A stretch of 64,000 nt of DNA from contig OZ024762.1 of the NCBI GenBank assembly GCA_964016885.1, positions 3,968,001 through 4,032,000 of the forward strand. The letters are read 5' to 3'. The DNA comes from Eledone cirrhosa. Lineage: Eukaryota. Positions 39,973 through 53,916 of this stretch are shown here, piece after piece (position 1 is the first letter of the stretch; each line of letters starts with the position of its first letter). The position numbers and the translations under genes are program-made. The notes beneath the pieces are model-generated. The model did no database searches. It saw only the letters and a program-made list of their open reading frames with translations, and was not told where the DNA came from.

Positions 39973-40438
39973 AACTTTGATAGGTTTCGGCCAGTATTGG
40001 CCCAGGCCATGTCTAACTTTGATAGCTTTCGGCCAGTATTGGCCCAGGCCATGTCTAACTTTGATAGGTTTCAGCCAGTATTGGCCCAGGCCATGTCTAA
40101 CTTTGATAGGTTTCGGCCAGTATTGGCCCAAGTCATGTCTAACTTTGATAGGTTTCGGCCAGTATTGGCCCAGGCCATGTCTAACTTTGATAGGTTTCGG
40201 CCAGTATTGGCCCAGGCCATGTCTAACTTTGATAGGTTTCGGCCAGTATTGGCCCAAGTCATGTCTAACTTTGATAGGTTTCGGCCAGTATTGGCCCAGG
40301 CCATGTCTAACTTTGATAGGTTTCGGCCAGTATTGGCCCAGGCCATGTCTAACTTTGATAGGTTTCGGCCAGTATTGGCCCAAGTCATGTCTAACTTTGA
40401 TAGGTTTCGGCCAGTATTGGCCCAGGCCATGTCTAACT
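39973..40438. repeat. 42-bp minisatellite, 11 copies
   Basis: Unit aactttgataggtttcggccagtattggccca(ggc/agt)catgtct. Confidence 0.97.
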
Positions 40439-41241
40439 TAATAGCACCACCTGACCAAGTCCTTCAAATCAGAATTTGGACACCATGGCCCACTCAAGTA
40501 GGGTGTTATTGTATTGTTTACAGGTGTAGGAGGTTTATTCCCCTATATTGTTATAACATAAGTATTAGTTAAATAACTTGTGATGAAACATTTGTCAAGT
40601 CATTTAATAGTCATTTAATAATCTTAGAAACCTATTCTATCATCTGAATATATATATATATATATATATATCGGGAGCCTAACACCCTAACCATTAAAGT
40701 CATGCGCATTCTCCTGCTTTGACTACTTAAGCGTAAACTTCCCTGGATTGATCACCTGAAAACGTAACGCAGATTTTTTTTATAGTTTCCAAATAAGAAA
40801 GCTTACAAAATAAATATACTCTCAAAACAGGTCAAAATTCTAAAGGAACAAAATATAACGAACTACCATATAAAAGAGTAGAATGTATCTCCAAAACTTT
40901 AGAGGAAAAGTAATGACATATTTGAAATAAGCTCCCCAAATATTATATACTCGTGAATAAATCCAACTTCCAATGAAATAGATATTTTTGTTAGTTAGTG
41001 TCATCAAACATGTTCCTTATGCATTTTACTTGCTTTAATTGGTTTCATTTGTTAATCAAGACTGGTATCTCCTGGCATTATATTTTAGATAGAAATTTGG
41101 TGTTAAAAAGCGTGAAACTAATAAACCTTTGTTCGTACTGACTCTCTGTTTTGTTCCCGTTCAATTTTTCACTATATATATATATATATTTCGAAGATGT
41201 AAAGTTTTATGTATAACAAAGCAAAACATGTCCTCCTCAGG

Positions 41242-41275
<34 letters not shown>

Positions 41276-41331
41276 TTAGATATTGGCAGTAAAAATGTGT
41301 TAATATATGAATAAAGAAACAAAGACAAACG

Positions 41332-41457
41332 TTGAGTTCAAATCCCGCCGAGGTTGTTATAACTTTGCCTTTCATCTTTACGGGGGTCGATAAAATAAAG
41401 TACCAGTAATGCACTGATATAATTGCTGGCCTTGTGCCAATAGTAGAAACAATTATT
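41332..41457 (+). mobile_element. SINE family A, 5'-truncated
   Basis: gagttcaaatcccgccgagg...gtagaaacaattatt. Confidence 0.85.
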
Positions 41458-41869
41458 AAGCCGTAATCAGCAATGAGATGACACTATGGAAGCAACGAAG
41501 TGTTTACATAACAGACTTATAACAGATATACAAGACTTATTATTTCAGAAAATCAAAATATTTGAAGGAGAGACAATATATGAAACCCACCACCAACAAC
41601 GGTAAATATGTTTGAATGAATAAAAAAATGAATAAAAAACACCATGTTTATTATTTAATAAAAACACTGTTTTTTATTTAATAAAAACACTGTTTTTTAT
41701 TTAATAAAAACACTGTTTTTTATTCTTTCTGACGACTGCAAACAGATACATCTGCCAGATACAACATCTGCCAGATACAACATCTGCTTTCAAGAAACCA
41801 CTGGTAAATTTATTTATTTATTTATGTAATAAACAACATAAGATAATTATTTGTCTACACATGTTTGTT

Positions 41870-41955
<86 letters not shown>

Positions 41956-42082
41956 TATATATATATATACATATATAAACATATATATATATATATACAC
42001 ATACATATATACACATAGATACATATAGATATATATACACACATATATATACATATAAAATGACAATATATAAATGCACAAG

Positions 42083-42114
<32 letters not shown>

Positions 42115-42115
42115 C

Positions 42116-42146
<31 letters not shown>

Positions 42147-42248
42147 ATAGTTATAATATAACTTATAGTAACATCACTTACAGAAGATTGTCCCCGTGCT
42201 ATGTTCGATATCCACTTTGAATGTTTTAAGAACAAAACGATTTCAGCT

Positions 42249-42368
<120 letters not shown>

Positions 42369-43369
42369 AGGAAATAAGGAACTTTTAAAAATATCTATTA
42401 TTGTGTCTCTCTTTGTAGTGTTGGATAATATGGATACAAGAGGAAAAGCCGGTAATTTTGTGTGTGTGTGGAGTGTGTGTGTGTGGAGTGTGTGTGAGTG
42501 TGTGTGTGGAGTGTGTGTGAGTGTGTGTGTGGAGTGTGTGTGCGGTGTGTGTGTGTGTGTGTGTGAGTGTGTGTGGTGTGTGTGAGTGTGTGTGGAGTGT
42601 GTGTGTGGTGTGAGTGTGTGTGTGTGTGAAGTGTGTGTGAGTGTGTGTGTGGAGTGTGTCTTCAAACGTATTTGTCAATCCCTCTATAATGATATATATA
42701 TATCTATATATATATATATATAAACTAGAAATTGATTGACATATATATATATCTAATTTAATTTTGTATATATATATGTATATATATGTATATATATGTA
42801 TATATATATATCTCACTATCTACCTATGTCTATAATGTTATATACAAAATCTACACGCCGGTACACATGAATGTAAAAACGTCTACCATGATGTCACTGT
42901 TGTTGTTGTTGTTAATGTTGCTACTGTTACTGTTGTTGCTACTGTTGTTGTTGTTACTGTTGTTAATGTTGCTGTTGTTGTTACTGTTGTTAGTCACTGT
43001 TGTTGTTGTTGCTGTTGTTGCTACTGTTGTTGTTGTTGTAGATGGTGTATTTGTTATGAGGTAGATAAATAGATGGCTGGTTGGTTGGATGGCCAATGAA
43101 ATGGTTGGCTGGAGGTATGGATGCCTGGGGGAGGGGATATTTAAATATATGGTTGGCTGGGTGAGTGGAAGGTTGGTTGACCGGTGGTTGGTTGGGTGGC
43201 CGAGTGGTTGGTTGGGTGAGTGGTTAACTGGTTGACCGGGTGGTTGGTTGACCGGGTGGTTGGTTGGTTGGTTGATTAAATATGTGGTGAATTTAGTGGT
43301 TAATTAGTGGAGGTGGTAGAATACGGTCTGGAGGGCAGCAGTTTCTTACCAGAGAAATGACAATGTTGG

Positions 43370-44535
43370 GGGTATGTGGTGGGGTGGTGACTGTGTGGTG
43401 GTGGTGGGGTGTGTGGGGTGGTGACTGTGTGGTGGGGTGGTGACTGTGTGGTGGTGGTGGGGGTAGGGTGGTGACTGTGTGGTAGTGGTGGTGGGGGTAG
43501 GGTGGTGACTGGGTGGTGGTATTGGGGGAAGGGTGTGTAGGGTGGTGGTGGGGGAAGGGTGTGTAGGGTGGTGACTGTGTGATGGTGGTGGGGGAAGGGT
43601 GTGTGGGGGGTAGTGACTGTGTGGTGGTGGTGGGGGAAGGGTGTATGTGTGACGGATGGGAGTGTGTATATGGGGGTGGTGATGGTGATGTGCATGTATT
43701 GTGTTTTGTGTATGAGGTGTGTGTAAGTATTGTGTATGTATCGTGTGTGTGTGTGTGTATGATGTGAAGTGTGTGTGTGTTTATTGTTGTGGACTGACAG
43801 ACAGCTATACAAAGAGATAGATGCAGAGTTAGAGAGAAAGGGGGGGGTACAGACAGAGAAGGGGGGGGGTACAGACAGCGGAGGGAGGAAAGAGAGAGGA
43901 GGGGGTAGACGGGGAGACAGACTGTGGTTGTGGTTGTAGTTGTGATGGTGGTAGTGATGATGGTGGTAGCGGTAGTGGTGATGGTGGTGATAGTGTTGGT
44001 GGTAGTTGTGGTGTTGGTAGTGGTGGTGGTGGTGGTAGTGGTAGTGATGGTGGTGGTAGTGGTAGTGATGGTGGTGGTAGTGGTGGTGGTGGTGGTGGTG
44101 GTGGTGGTGGTAGTGGTGGTAGTGGTAGTGATGGTGGTGGTAGTGGAGGTGTGATGGTGGTGGTAGCGGTAGTGGTGATGGTGGTAGTGGTGGTGGTAGT
44201 AGTGGTAGTGGTGGTGTGGTAGCGGTGATGGTGGTGGTGGTAGTGGTGGTGGTGGTGGTGGTAGTGGTGGTGGTGGTGGTGGTAGCGGTGGTGGTGGTAG
44301 CGGTGGTGGTGGTGGTGGTGGTGATGGTGGTAGTGGTGGTGGTAGTGGTCGGTGGTAGTAGTGGTAGTGGTGGTGGTGGTAGCGGTGAAGGTGGTGGTGG
44401 TAGCGGTGGTGGTGGTGGTGGTAGTGGTGGTGGTCGTGGTGGTAGTGGTGGTGGTGGTGGTGGTAGCGGTGGTGGTGGTGGTGGTAGTGGTGGTGGTAGT
44501 GGTAGTGGTAGTGGTGGTAGTAGCGGTAGTGGTAG
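43370..44535. repeat. (GGT/AGT)n-rich trinucleotide block
   Basis: Direct inspection. Confidence 0.9.
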
Positions 44536-44873
44536 GGGGATGATAGGAGATGGAGTGGTGTCTGTTTTAGCTGCATCTATTCTATCTCTCTGGGACCCTT
44601 TTCATTGTTCTTACCCTTTTAACATACACCATTATTGCATTTCAAAAGCATAAAACGGGGACATTTCCTCACCCCTCCTCCATCACCCTACTTTACCCCT
44701 CCCTTCTAAGTGTCTACCTCACCTCTCCCCCTCTCCTCTAATTGTCTATCTTACCTCTCTCCCCTTCTTTCTGCCTCCCTCTCTCTATACAACCATATGA
44801 AGCTTTTGTTGTTGATGGTTTATTAAAATTCTCAAAGAAAAACAATATTTGATTATTGAATGTATACAAATGG

Positions 44874-44955
<82 letters not shown>

Positions 44956-45026
44956 ATGTGTGTGTGCGTGTATGTGTGTGTGTGTGTGTGTATATATATG
45001 TATGTGTGTGTGTGTGTGTGTGTGTC

Positions 45027-45109
<83 letters not shown>

Positions 45110-45313
45110 ATGTGTGTCTATATATATATGTGTGTGTATGTATGTGAGTGTGTGTGTGTGTGTGTGTGTGGATAAATTTACATATTAGAAATTCATATAT
45201 ATTTTTTAAAAGTTGTATGTAGCTTTATGTACAGTTTATTGTAATAAATATCGTATTTTGAGTTGATATAACTTTTTCACCTCCATCTTTCCAGTTTTTA
45301 TATTTGAAAACGA

Positions 45314-45390
<77 letters not shown>

Positions 45391-45394
<4 letters not shown>

Positions 45395-46042
45395 AGCAGT
45401 GGTACCCGGCGTTGTACGGGATAAGGTATTTTGGAACGCGGGCCGCCAACAGACCTAATCGTGGAAAAACTGCATGCCTGGACAATATGTAAAGAAAATA
45501 AACCGAATACTCTGATGGTTGGATAATCTAAGATTTTCCTCGATGAAGTAGGAAAAAGGCAGGTTTTCACCTAATGCGGGCCCTAGGAGATCAAGAAAAT
45601 GAATTTTTTTATGTGCATAATATGCCTTGAAATTTCAGGAAAATCAGCTAGACGTAACGCCTCAAAAAATCCCTAAAAAGCTGAAAAAAATGAAGTTTTT
45701 CACCTAGGCCATAAAAAAGTTGGATTTTCTTTGCTCACAGTATGAAGAAGAGACTGACTAATACATAGTTACAACTTCAAGGAAATCGGTCTGACGTAAC
45801 GCCTAAAAAAAACCCATAAAAAGCTGAAAAAAAACGTAGTTTTTCACCTAATGCGGGCCCTAGGGGATCAAAAAGTTTTATTTTTTTATGTGCATTACAC
45901 TCCCTGAAATATAAGTAATACACATGTAAAGTTTGAAAAAGATCGGTTGGGTACTTCTCGGGTTTCATACACACACACACACATACATCCATACACACAT
46001 ACATACATCCTTCCTCAGTTTTATATATATACATATATAGAT
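45391..46042 (+). mobile_element. Non-autonomous Helitron/HINE (DINE-1/Lep1-like) element
   Basis: 5' taccagcagtggtacccggcgttgtacggg; internally duplicated blocks (ttttcacctaatgcgggccctagg x2, gacgtaacgcct x2); 3' aaagtttgaaaaagatcggt..(CA)n..ttttatatatata. Confidence 0.6.
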
Positions 46043-46119
46043 TAAAATAACAGATTAAAGTTTAAACAAAGAATCGTTGCTTTCACCCTTTTCGGGATCT
46101 TCTGAAACTAAAAACATCA

Positions 46120-48177
46120 ATCTATGAACGCCATGCTACTAGACTTCCTAATAGCCAGGTCGAACAGTGCCTTGAAACAACTATGCCTGTAAGAAATTTG
46201 ACACCACGTGTACCATCTAAGTCTACCTTGAATGTTGGAGAAAACACTATCGATAATAATAATAATCGAAGAAATTTGACACCACGTGTACCATCCGAGT
46301 AAAGCTCGACTATTGTGGAAAATACTATCGATAATGATAATAATCAAAAGTATAAACAACTGAAAATTTCCCTCAACGAAATCTTCCAGAGAGAAATTAA
46401 TTCATGTATAAATATCTCTCTTGCTGAAGGTATTAAAACGACAATGTTTAATAACAAACCAAATAATGAAATACTACGTGTTATTGACGAAATAGGGATG
46501 AATATTTACGACGGATAAAACCCCCAACATTTTGGCAAATCAACGCCTGTTTATATACCCTAGCAATGACAGTGAAGCATTATCTTGGTGATAGCAGAGA
46601 TATTAACAAGAACAGAACACCACCAAAAATACCATCATATATAACTAAAATAGAAAAAAAGATTGCTGACCTACGAAAAACCATAGGATATGTGACAATG
46701 CCCCTTACATAGAAACAAACACAAACACTTCACTCCTCACCAACAAAGAGTGATACTATATAATAGAGACGATGTTTGGTAACAGTCGAACCAGAACTCT
46801 TCAATATAAGCTGATCACCCTCAAACAAGAATTGAGAGCTCTCAGCGAAAAACGTCGATACCTGAAGAAGGTAGATGGAAGAAAAGTGCTTAATAAAAGA
46901 TTCAGACGAAACCAAACATCAGTCTATAGAGATATGAAGGGCAAAATAATAAGTGTCACTGAGGGCCCATCCCAGAAAGTCAGATTCCTCTTGGAGAAAA
47001 ATATGGGGCGAAAAGAAGAATTTCAACCAAGATGCAGTGTGGCTAAAAGAAATTCAAAAGAACTATTGCTCCTACACTACAGCAAAAACATACGAAATAA
47101 GTGAGGGTACCCTTGAGACTGTGATAGGAAAACTCCAAGATAAGAAAACACCAGGAAGAGACATGATTGTCGGCTACTGGTACAAAAAACTGATATTCTA
47201 TCGGAGGTGTCTTACCGATCTCTACCAACAAGTTCTTAAGGGAGATACACTTATACCAGAATGGTTGACATTAGCACAAACATTACTGGTCCCCAAGAAC
47301 AAAGACACCCACTTGGCAAAAAACTACCGGCCCATTGCATGCCAGATAACGAGAGTTGGGAAGGAACTCCTTGAAAGATATTGCGTGTGATAATCAAAAA
47401 CTCACACCCAGGAAATTGCCCAGCAGTAGCGCAGTGAATCCATGCAAGAAAAACTGCATTTTTATCAGCAAAAAATCATGCATGGATATGTTGCCAGGAA
47501 GCTCCACAGTGAGTGTAATATAGATAAACAAAGTAGTCTATCTTGGACCAACAACCGCTATATTGGCTCCCACTTTGAAGGATACGCTTTTGCAATCCAA
47601 GAACAGGAAATCAACACGAAATACCTGATTCACAAATGAATAAGGGATGCAGGCAAAACACTGAGATGTGATAACAATTGCAGACTCTGCAGAATTAACA
47701 TCGAAGATGTCATCCATGTCATAAGCAGCTGTCCAAAGATATCATCGCGGTACTATCTGCCTATGAGGCATGATGTAGTGGCCAAATCACTGTACAATGC
47801 AATCTGTAGAAAAGACAGCCCCGATAATAAACACATTAAAAGCTACAGCAATGTGGAAGACATACATATACATAATATGAAAGAGTACTGGTGGAATGTT
47901 CCAGTAAAAACCTCAATAAAATGCAGGCATAACAGACCAGATATTATGATATGGGACAGGGAAAAGAAGGCATGCACAGTAGCGGAAATTAGCTGCCCAG
48001 CAGATGCCAATATAATATCAAAGATTAGCGAAAAGGAGAATATTTATGCAGAACTAATGAGAAATCTGCAGATACTCCACCCTGATTATACCTTCAGATT
48101 TATGCCTGTGATTATTGGGACACTGGGATGTTAGTAATTGCTTTTTCAATTATTATTATTATTATTATTATTATTAT
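46120..48177 (+). mobile_element. Degenerate R4/Dong-like non-LTR retrotransposon with most of the RT deleted
   Basis: Frameshifted segments: KTPGRD..GYWYKKL, IPEWLT..TLLVPK..NYRPIAC (RT start); HGY..AIQEQEINT; CRLC..E..HVISSC zinc knuckle; RHDVVA; RPDIMIWD..AEISCP..K..Y (RLE); IIGTLG; (TTA)n tail. Confidence 0.88.
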
Positions 48178-48188
48178 GTGTGTGTGTG

Positions 48189-48330
48189 TAGAGGGTCGGA
48201 CACCATGCTTTGACGCATAGCGTTACGGCCCTTGCCATTCTGAGTTCAAATCCCGCCAAGGTTAACTTTGCCTTTCATCCTTACGGGTCGATAAAATAAA
48301 GTACCAGTCACGCACTGGAGTCGATTAACC
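48189..48330 (+). mobile_element. SINE family A, partial
   Basis: agagggtcggacaccatgc...gataaaataaagtaccagt. Confidence 0.8.
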
Positions 48331-48589
48331 ACTGATGTTTCGAACGCATTAAAGACAGTTACCAATGCACTGAGGTGGGTGAGTGTACTAAGAGGAAGAG
48401 TTTTCCAGGAAAAAACAACAACAAAAACACAGACGAAGAAAAAGAAAAAAGGAAAAAGGAAAACAAAAAAGAAAGACATACCGATAGAGAAGGAGAAACA
48501 CGAGACAGTAGTACATGTAAGTTGCACTAACCGGGGGAAGAGAGGGAGAAGTCAATACAGAGACCGAACTTAAGTCCTGAACCCGTACT

Positions 48590-48650
48590 AACAGCATGAG
48601 GGAGAGCGAAGAAAAAAAAAAAACGCCTGATCGCTCTCCCTCATGCTGTT
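48590..48650. repeat. Perfect 20-bp inverted repeat with a 21-nt loop
   Basis: aacagcatgagggagagcga (48590-48609) / tcgctctccctcatgctgtt (48631-48650). Confidence 0.9.
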
Positions 48651-48790
48651 TGTAATATAATGCTAAGAGTTTCCGAAGAAATAGATCGAGGAAAAATAAG
48701 CGCTCTATGTAATGTACAGATCCAAAATATATTATATTTTGAAGTTTTAAATCTTACGTGGCAAGCATCTGTGTTGATGAGATCTTTAAA

Positions 48791-48841
<51 letters not shown>

Positions 48842-49060
48842 AGTGGGGCGCAGAAGACAAAGACAAAAACGAACAGCCCCTTTTCTTCAGCCAACTTCTG
48901 AAAATGCTTATAGTTTCGGTTAATTAAAGTTAAGACTATTCGTTCCAGTTCACACACACAAGCGTGAATCTAACAAGACTTCGTACTTTTCCATTCCTGT
49001 CTTTGTTTTGCTTTATTTATCAACTATATATAAATATTTATACATATGAATATATAAATA

Positions 49061-49125
<65 letters not shown>

Positions 49126-49560
49126 CATTATAATATTACTTTCACATATATATAGTTCGTTGTAAATACAACATACCGAAAAGTACTCCCCCCTCCCATA
49201 AAAGTGTCACCCGGGACAGATCGTTCCCACTCACCTCCCACCACACCCCACCTACGGTACACAGAGTAACATATATTGAACAACCTGACAGGGCGAGGTA
49301 AATCACACCACTCAATCTCGTATGGAGTTCTTCAACATATAGTGTAGAAGCTAAACACGTAATATATACATCCTTGCCATATGGAAAGGATGTATATATT
49401 GGAACTGCCTGGAGCATAAGCAAATTATTGTACGGGGAGACTGCAACACACACATAAAAGGTTTTGATTTGATTTTACTATATATAATAGTCGATGTAAT
49501 ATCAGAGCTTCCGTTACAGTTTTGGAATGTGTGGTGTGTTAATTAATTATATATATATAT

Positions 49561-49748
49561 ATAGGAACGAGTAAGACCCCGACGGCTGAGCTCAAGCCGT
49601 TTCGACGGCTAATTCTGGACTACAGGGTCTTACTATATATATATATATATGAAGGAAATGTGGTAAGGAACCAGGTGGACCATAACGCACCAAAGTACTC
49701 AATACTTAGGGTAGTAGAGTGGGTAATAGGAACGAGTAAGACCCTGTA
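49561..49748. mobile_element. Penelope-like pLTR remnant (same family as 12773-12977)
   Basis: gaaggaaatgtggtaaggaacc...gtactcaatacttagggtagtagagtgggtaatagg matches the reverse complement of 12899-12977. Carries a hammerhead 3' half on the minus strand. Confidence 0.55.
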
Positions 49749-49757
49749 TATATATAG

Positions 49758-49975
49758 TGAAGGCGCGTGGCTGAGTGGTTAGAGAATTGGATTCACAATC
49801 TTGAGGTTGTGAGTTCGATTCCTGGACCGGGCGATACGTTATGTCCTTGAGCAAGACACTTTATTTCACGTTGCTCCTTCTATCTGGAGTTGCGACCGAT
49901 AGATAGTACTGGCAACTGGAAAGACCGATGGAAACATTGTTTCCTCGGTCCGATTTGACGAAAGTCGATCGATCC
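49758..49975 (+). mobile_element. tRNA-derived SINE family C, full length
   Basis: Head tggctgagtggttagag..gagttcgattcc, then ccttgagcaagacacttt shared with family B, followed by a distinct 3' body. Confidence 0.85.
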
Positions 49976-50069
49976 TTTATATATATATATATATAGTACA
50001 CATGTGTATTATTAGTAGTACCGCACGGGATCACGGGATCATCGGGCAACAATCGGATCATCGGGCAAC

Positions 50070-50475
50070 ATGCTTTACGGCATAGAGTTACGGTTCTTTA
50101 CCTTCCTTACGAAGGAGATAACATAAAGTACCAGTAATGCACTGGTGTCGATTTAATCGACTTTCCCCTCATTGCTGGCCCAAAATTGCTGGCCTTGTGC
50201 CCATAGTAGAAATTATTATTATTATTATTAGTTCACAAGGGCGGTGGATTGGCAGTATCAGTAGAGGGTCGGACGCCATGGGTGGGGGATTGGCAGTATC
50301 AGTAGAGGGTCGGACGCCATGCTTTTCAGCATAGTTACGTCCCTTTACGATCTGAGTTCAAATCCCGCCGAGGTTGACTTTGCCTTTCATCCTTACGAGG
50401 TCGATAAAATAAAGTACCAGTAATGCACTGGGTAATTGCTGGCCTTGTGCCTAAAGTAGAAACAATTATTATTAT
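50070..50475 (+). mobile_element. Two tandem SINE family A copies (second with a duplicated head)
   Basis: ggattggcagtatcagtagagggtcggacgccatg occurs twice at 50246-50321, followed by the full core. Confidence 0.85.
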
Positions 50476-50762
50476 TAGTTCACGTTTTTTTATATTACCA
50501 ATACGAGACTAAGAAAGACATTAAAACATGCCCATACTAACATATACTAACATGCCCATACTAACATATACTAACATGCCCATACTAACATATTTGGAGT
50601 CAATAGAGAATCAGTGTTGTAAAACCTAAAGCACAAGTATATTGAAACAAATTGTTTTCCACATTATTGGAAGGGCTTAAACCCCAAAAGTCCCTTAACA
50701 GCGGAAGGCTGGAATATGTTGTGTAGGCTGTTGTTATTTCAGTCAGAGGCCTAACTAGAGAA

Positions 50763-50879
50763 AATAATTGTTTCTACTTTTGGCACAAGGCCAGCAATTA
50801 CACCCAGTACATTACTGGTACTTTATTTTATCGACCCCGTAAGGATGAAAGGCAAAGTTAACCTCGGCGGGATTTGAAT
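50763..50879 (-). mobile_element. SINE family A, partial
   Basis: Reverse complement of the family-A core. Confidence 0.85.
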
Positions 50880-51970
50880 TCAGATCGAACCCGGGACATA
50901 ACTACTGGGAATCGAACTCATTAACCACTCCGCAATGCGGCGTCCGCTATGATTAGTTGAGAATAAGGTTAAGATAGACAGAAGAGTTATGACATGTTGG
51001 TGTGTTGGTGTGTGTTGGTGTGTTGGTGTGTTGGTGTGTGTGTATGTTGGTGTGTGTTGGTGTGTTGGTGTGTGTTGGTGTGTGTTGGTGTGTTGGTGTG
51101 TGTGTATGTTGGTGTGTGTTGGTGTGTGTGTGTTGGTGCGTTGGTGAGTGTTGGTGTGTGTGTTGGTGTGTGTGTGTTGGTGTGTGTGGGTGTATTTGTG
51201 TATGTGTATATATACACACACATACACATACCATGATAAACACAACCTCACCCACTCACCTATGTCTATCATGACGTACATAGTCACACACTCACACCTC
51301 CCCAACACACACCTCTACAGCACACACATCTGCAGCACACACACACCTCTGCAGCACACACACCAACACACACCTACACACCCACACACCAACACACCAG
51401 GGGATACACACAGACGACTACCACAAATATCAATATCAACAACCACAATTACCACCACCACCACCACCACTACCACCGCTACCACTACTACTACCACCAC
51501 CTCACCACCACTACTACTACCACCACCGCTACCACTACCACCACCACTACTACCACCACTATCACCACCACCGCCACTACCACCACTACCACTACCACTA
51601 CCACCACCACCACTACTACTACCACCACCGCTACCACTACCACCACCGCCACCACCACTACTACCACTATCACTACCACCACCACTACTACCACCACCAC
51701 TACCACCACTATCACCACCACCACCACCACTAATACTACCACCACCACCACCACTACCACCACCACTACTACCACCACTACCACCACTACCACCACCACT
51801 ACTACCACCACCACCACCATCATCACAACCACTACATCCGCCTCCACTACACTTTCTACTCAGCCACACATTCACTCACTTTTATATTTATAGGTTGAAA
51901 GTAAACGGAAAACAATACAGCAAGCAATGCAGTGAAATGAAGATAACGTTTGATAGAGTAGGGAAACGAG

Positions 51971-52006
51971 TTTCAACGTTTCGACCGCTAGTCCTTCATC
52001 AGAAAA
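51971..52006 (-). ncRNA. Minimal hammerhead ribozyme motif (Penelope-type)
   Basis: Minus strand reads UUUU-CUGAUGA-AG-GAC-uagcg-GUC-GAAAC-GUU-GAAA. Palindromic ACGU stem III. A related degenerate copy lies at 58560-58595. Confidence 0.4.
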
Positions 52007-52175
52007 TAGGAGGAAGGGGGGGGGGGGATCAATCGACAAGACCCCAGACCTCATTCGTTTACCGAGTGGGGTGAAACTCGTCAAATTGGACCAAGGAAAC
52101 AATGTTTCCATTGGTCTTTTCCATTGATTATATCTACAACGCAGTTACAACTCCTGAGTGAATATATAAAAAAAA

Positions 52176-52236
<61 letters not shown>

Positions 52237-52379
52237 TGTGTGTTGTCGGACACGCATGGACATGGTTTTGCCAGTAGCATATCACATAAACGAACATTTT
52301 ATCTGAAGAAATCGTTTCCATAGCAGCAACAAATGTGAATACTACATCTTGGATTCCATAAGGGAACCATTGAAATAAT

Positions 52380-52572
52380 TATAATTGTTTCTACTTTAGG
52401 CACAAGGCCAGCAATTATCCCAGTGCATTACTGGTACTTTATTTTATCGACCCCGTAAGAATGAAAGGCAAAGTTAACCTCGGCGGGATTTGAACTCAGA
52501 TCATACAGGGAGGTAACTCTATGCTTCAAAGCATGGCGTCCGACCCTCTACCGATACTGACAATACACTGCC
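52380..52572 (-). mobile_element. SINE family A
   Basis: Reverse complement of 16499-16690. Confidence 0.85.
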
Positions 52573-52627
52573 TGAAATAATTATAATGAACAAACGTTTT
52601 ATGTAATTACAGCCTCTTTTTTAATGT

Positions 52628-52663
<36 letters not shown>

Positions 52664-52785
52664 TATACACACATATATACACACACAGACACATATATAT
52701 ACACACACACACAGACGCATATATACACAGACACATATATACACACACAGACACATATACACATACACACACAGACACATATACA

Positions 52786-52821
<36 letters not shown>

Positions 52822-53084
52822 TATATACACACACACACACAGGTGCACAAACCCAAATGCACACACACACACACATAAACACGTATATAGACAGACACAC
52901 ACAAACAGCTTCACACATATATAGACACACACACAATAGAGCCCCCCCCCCCCAGTTACATTGTGATACAGCCAACAAAATAATTATAGTATTTTCTGTT
53001 TCCATAGTTACAGGCCTACATTACTATTGTGAAGCTTCTTAATAACAAAACAACACACAACTATTATCTCCATCGATCTATCGA

Positions 53085-53880
53085 TCTGTCAGTCTGTCTG
53101 TATGTCCTGTCAGTCTGTCTGTATGTCCTGTCAGTCTGTCTGTATGTCCTGTCTGTCTGTATGTCCTGTCTGTCTGTATGTCCTGTTAGTCTGTCAGTCT
53201 GTCTGTATGTCCTGTCAGTCTGTCTGTATGTCCTGTCAGTCTGTCTGTATGTCCTGTCAGTCTGTCTGTATGTGTTGTCAGTCTGTCTGTCTGTCTGTCC
53301 TGTCAGTCTGTCTGTCAGTCAGTCAGTCTGTCAGTCTGTCTGTATGTCCTGTCACTCTGTCTGTCAGTCAGTCAGTCTGTCAGTCAGTCTGTCAGTCTGT
53401 CTGTATGTCCTGTCAGTCTGTCTGTCTGTCTGTCCTGTCTGTCTGTCTGTCAGTCAGTCAGTCTGTCAGTCTGTCTGTATGTCCTGTCACTCTGTCAGTC
53501 ACTCTGTCACTCTGTCTGTCTGTCTGTCTGTCAGTCTACCTGTCTGTCTGTCCTGTCTGTCTGTCAGTCAGTCTGTCAGTCTGTCTGTATGTCCTGTCAC
53601 TCTGTCAGTCACTCTGTCACTCTGTCTGTCTGTCTGTCTGTCAGTCTACCTGTCTGTCTGTCCTGTCTGTCTGTCTGTCAGTCAGTCAGTCTGTCAGTCT
53701 GTCTGTATGTCCTGTCACTCTGTCAGTCACTCTGTCACTCTGTCTGTCTGTATGTCCTGTCAGTCTGTCTGTCTGTCTGTCCTGTCTGTCTGTCTGTCAG
53801 TCTGTCAGTCTGTCAGTCACTCTGTCACTCTGTCTGTCTGTCTGTCTGTCAGTCTACCTGTCAGTCTACCTGTCAGTCTG
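53085..53880. repeat. (TCTG/TCAG)n-derived array
   Basis: Direct inspection. Confidence 0.95.
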
Positions 53881-53916
53881 TATATCAAGCAACTTTCTCA
53901 CCTGTTTAGCAATTGA

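Noticed and set aside
43293-44653. Pro/His/Thr- or Gly/Val-rich ORFs (also 29548-31080, 51148-52074)
   Set aside because: Translations of (GGT/ACC)n trinucleotide repeats with no splice or domain support.
48388-49453. Possible first exon(s) of the CARD-LRR gene (minus-strand GTATGT near 48480, GTGAGT near 49230)
   Set aside because: No ATG-initiated phase-1 frame compatible with the 35344 acceptor could be established; these could at most be UTR exons.
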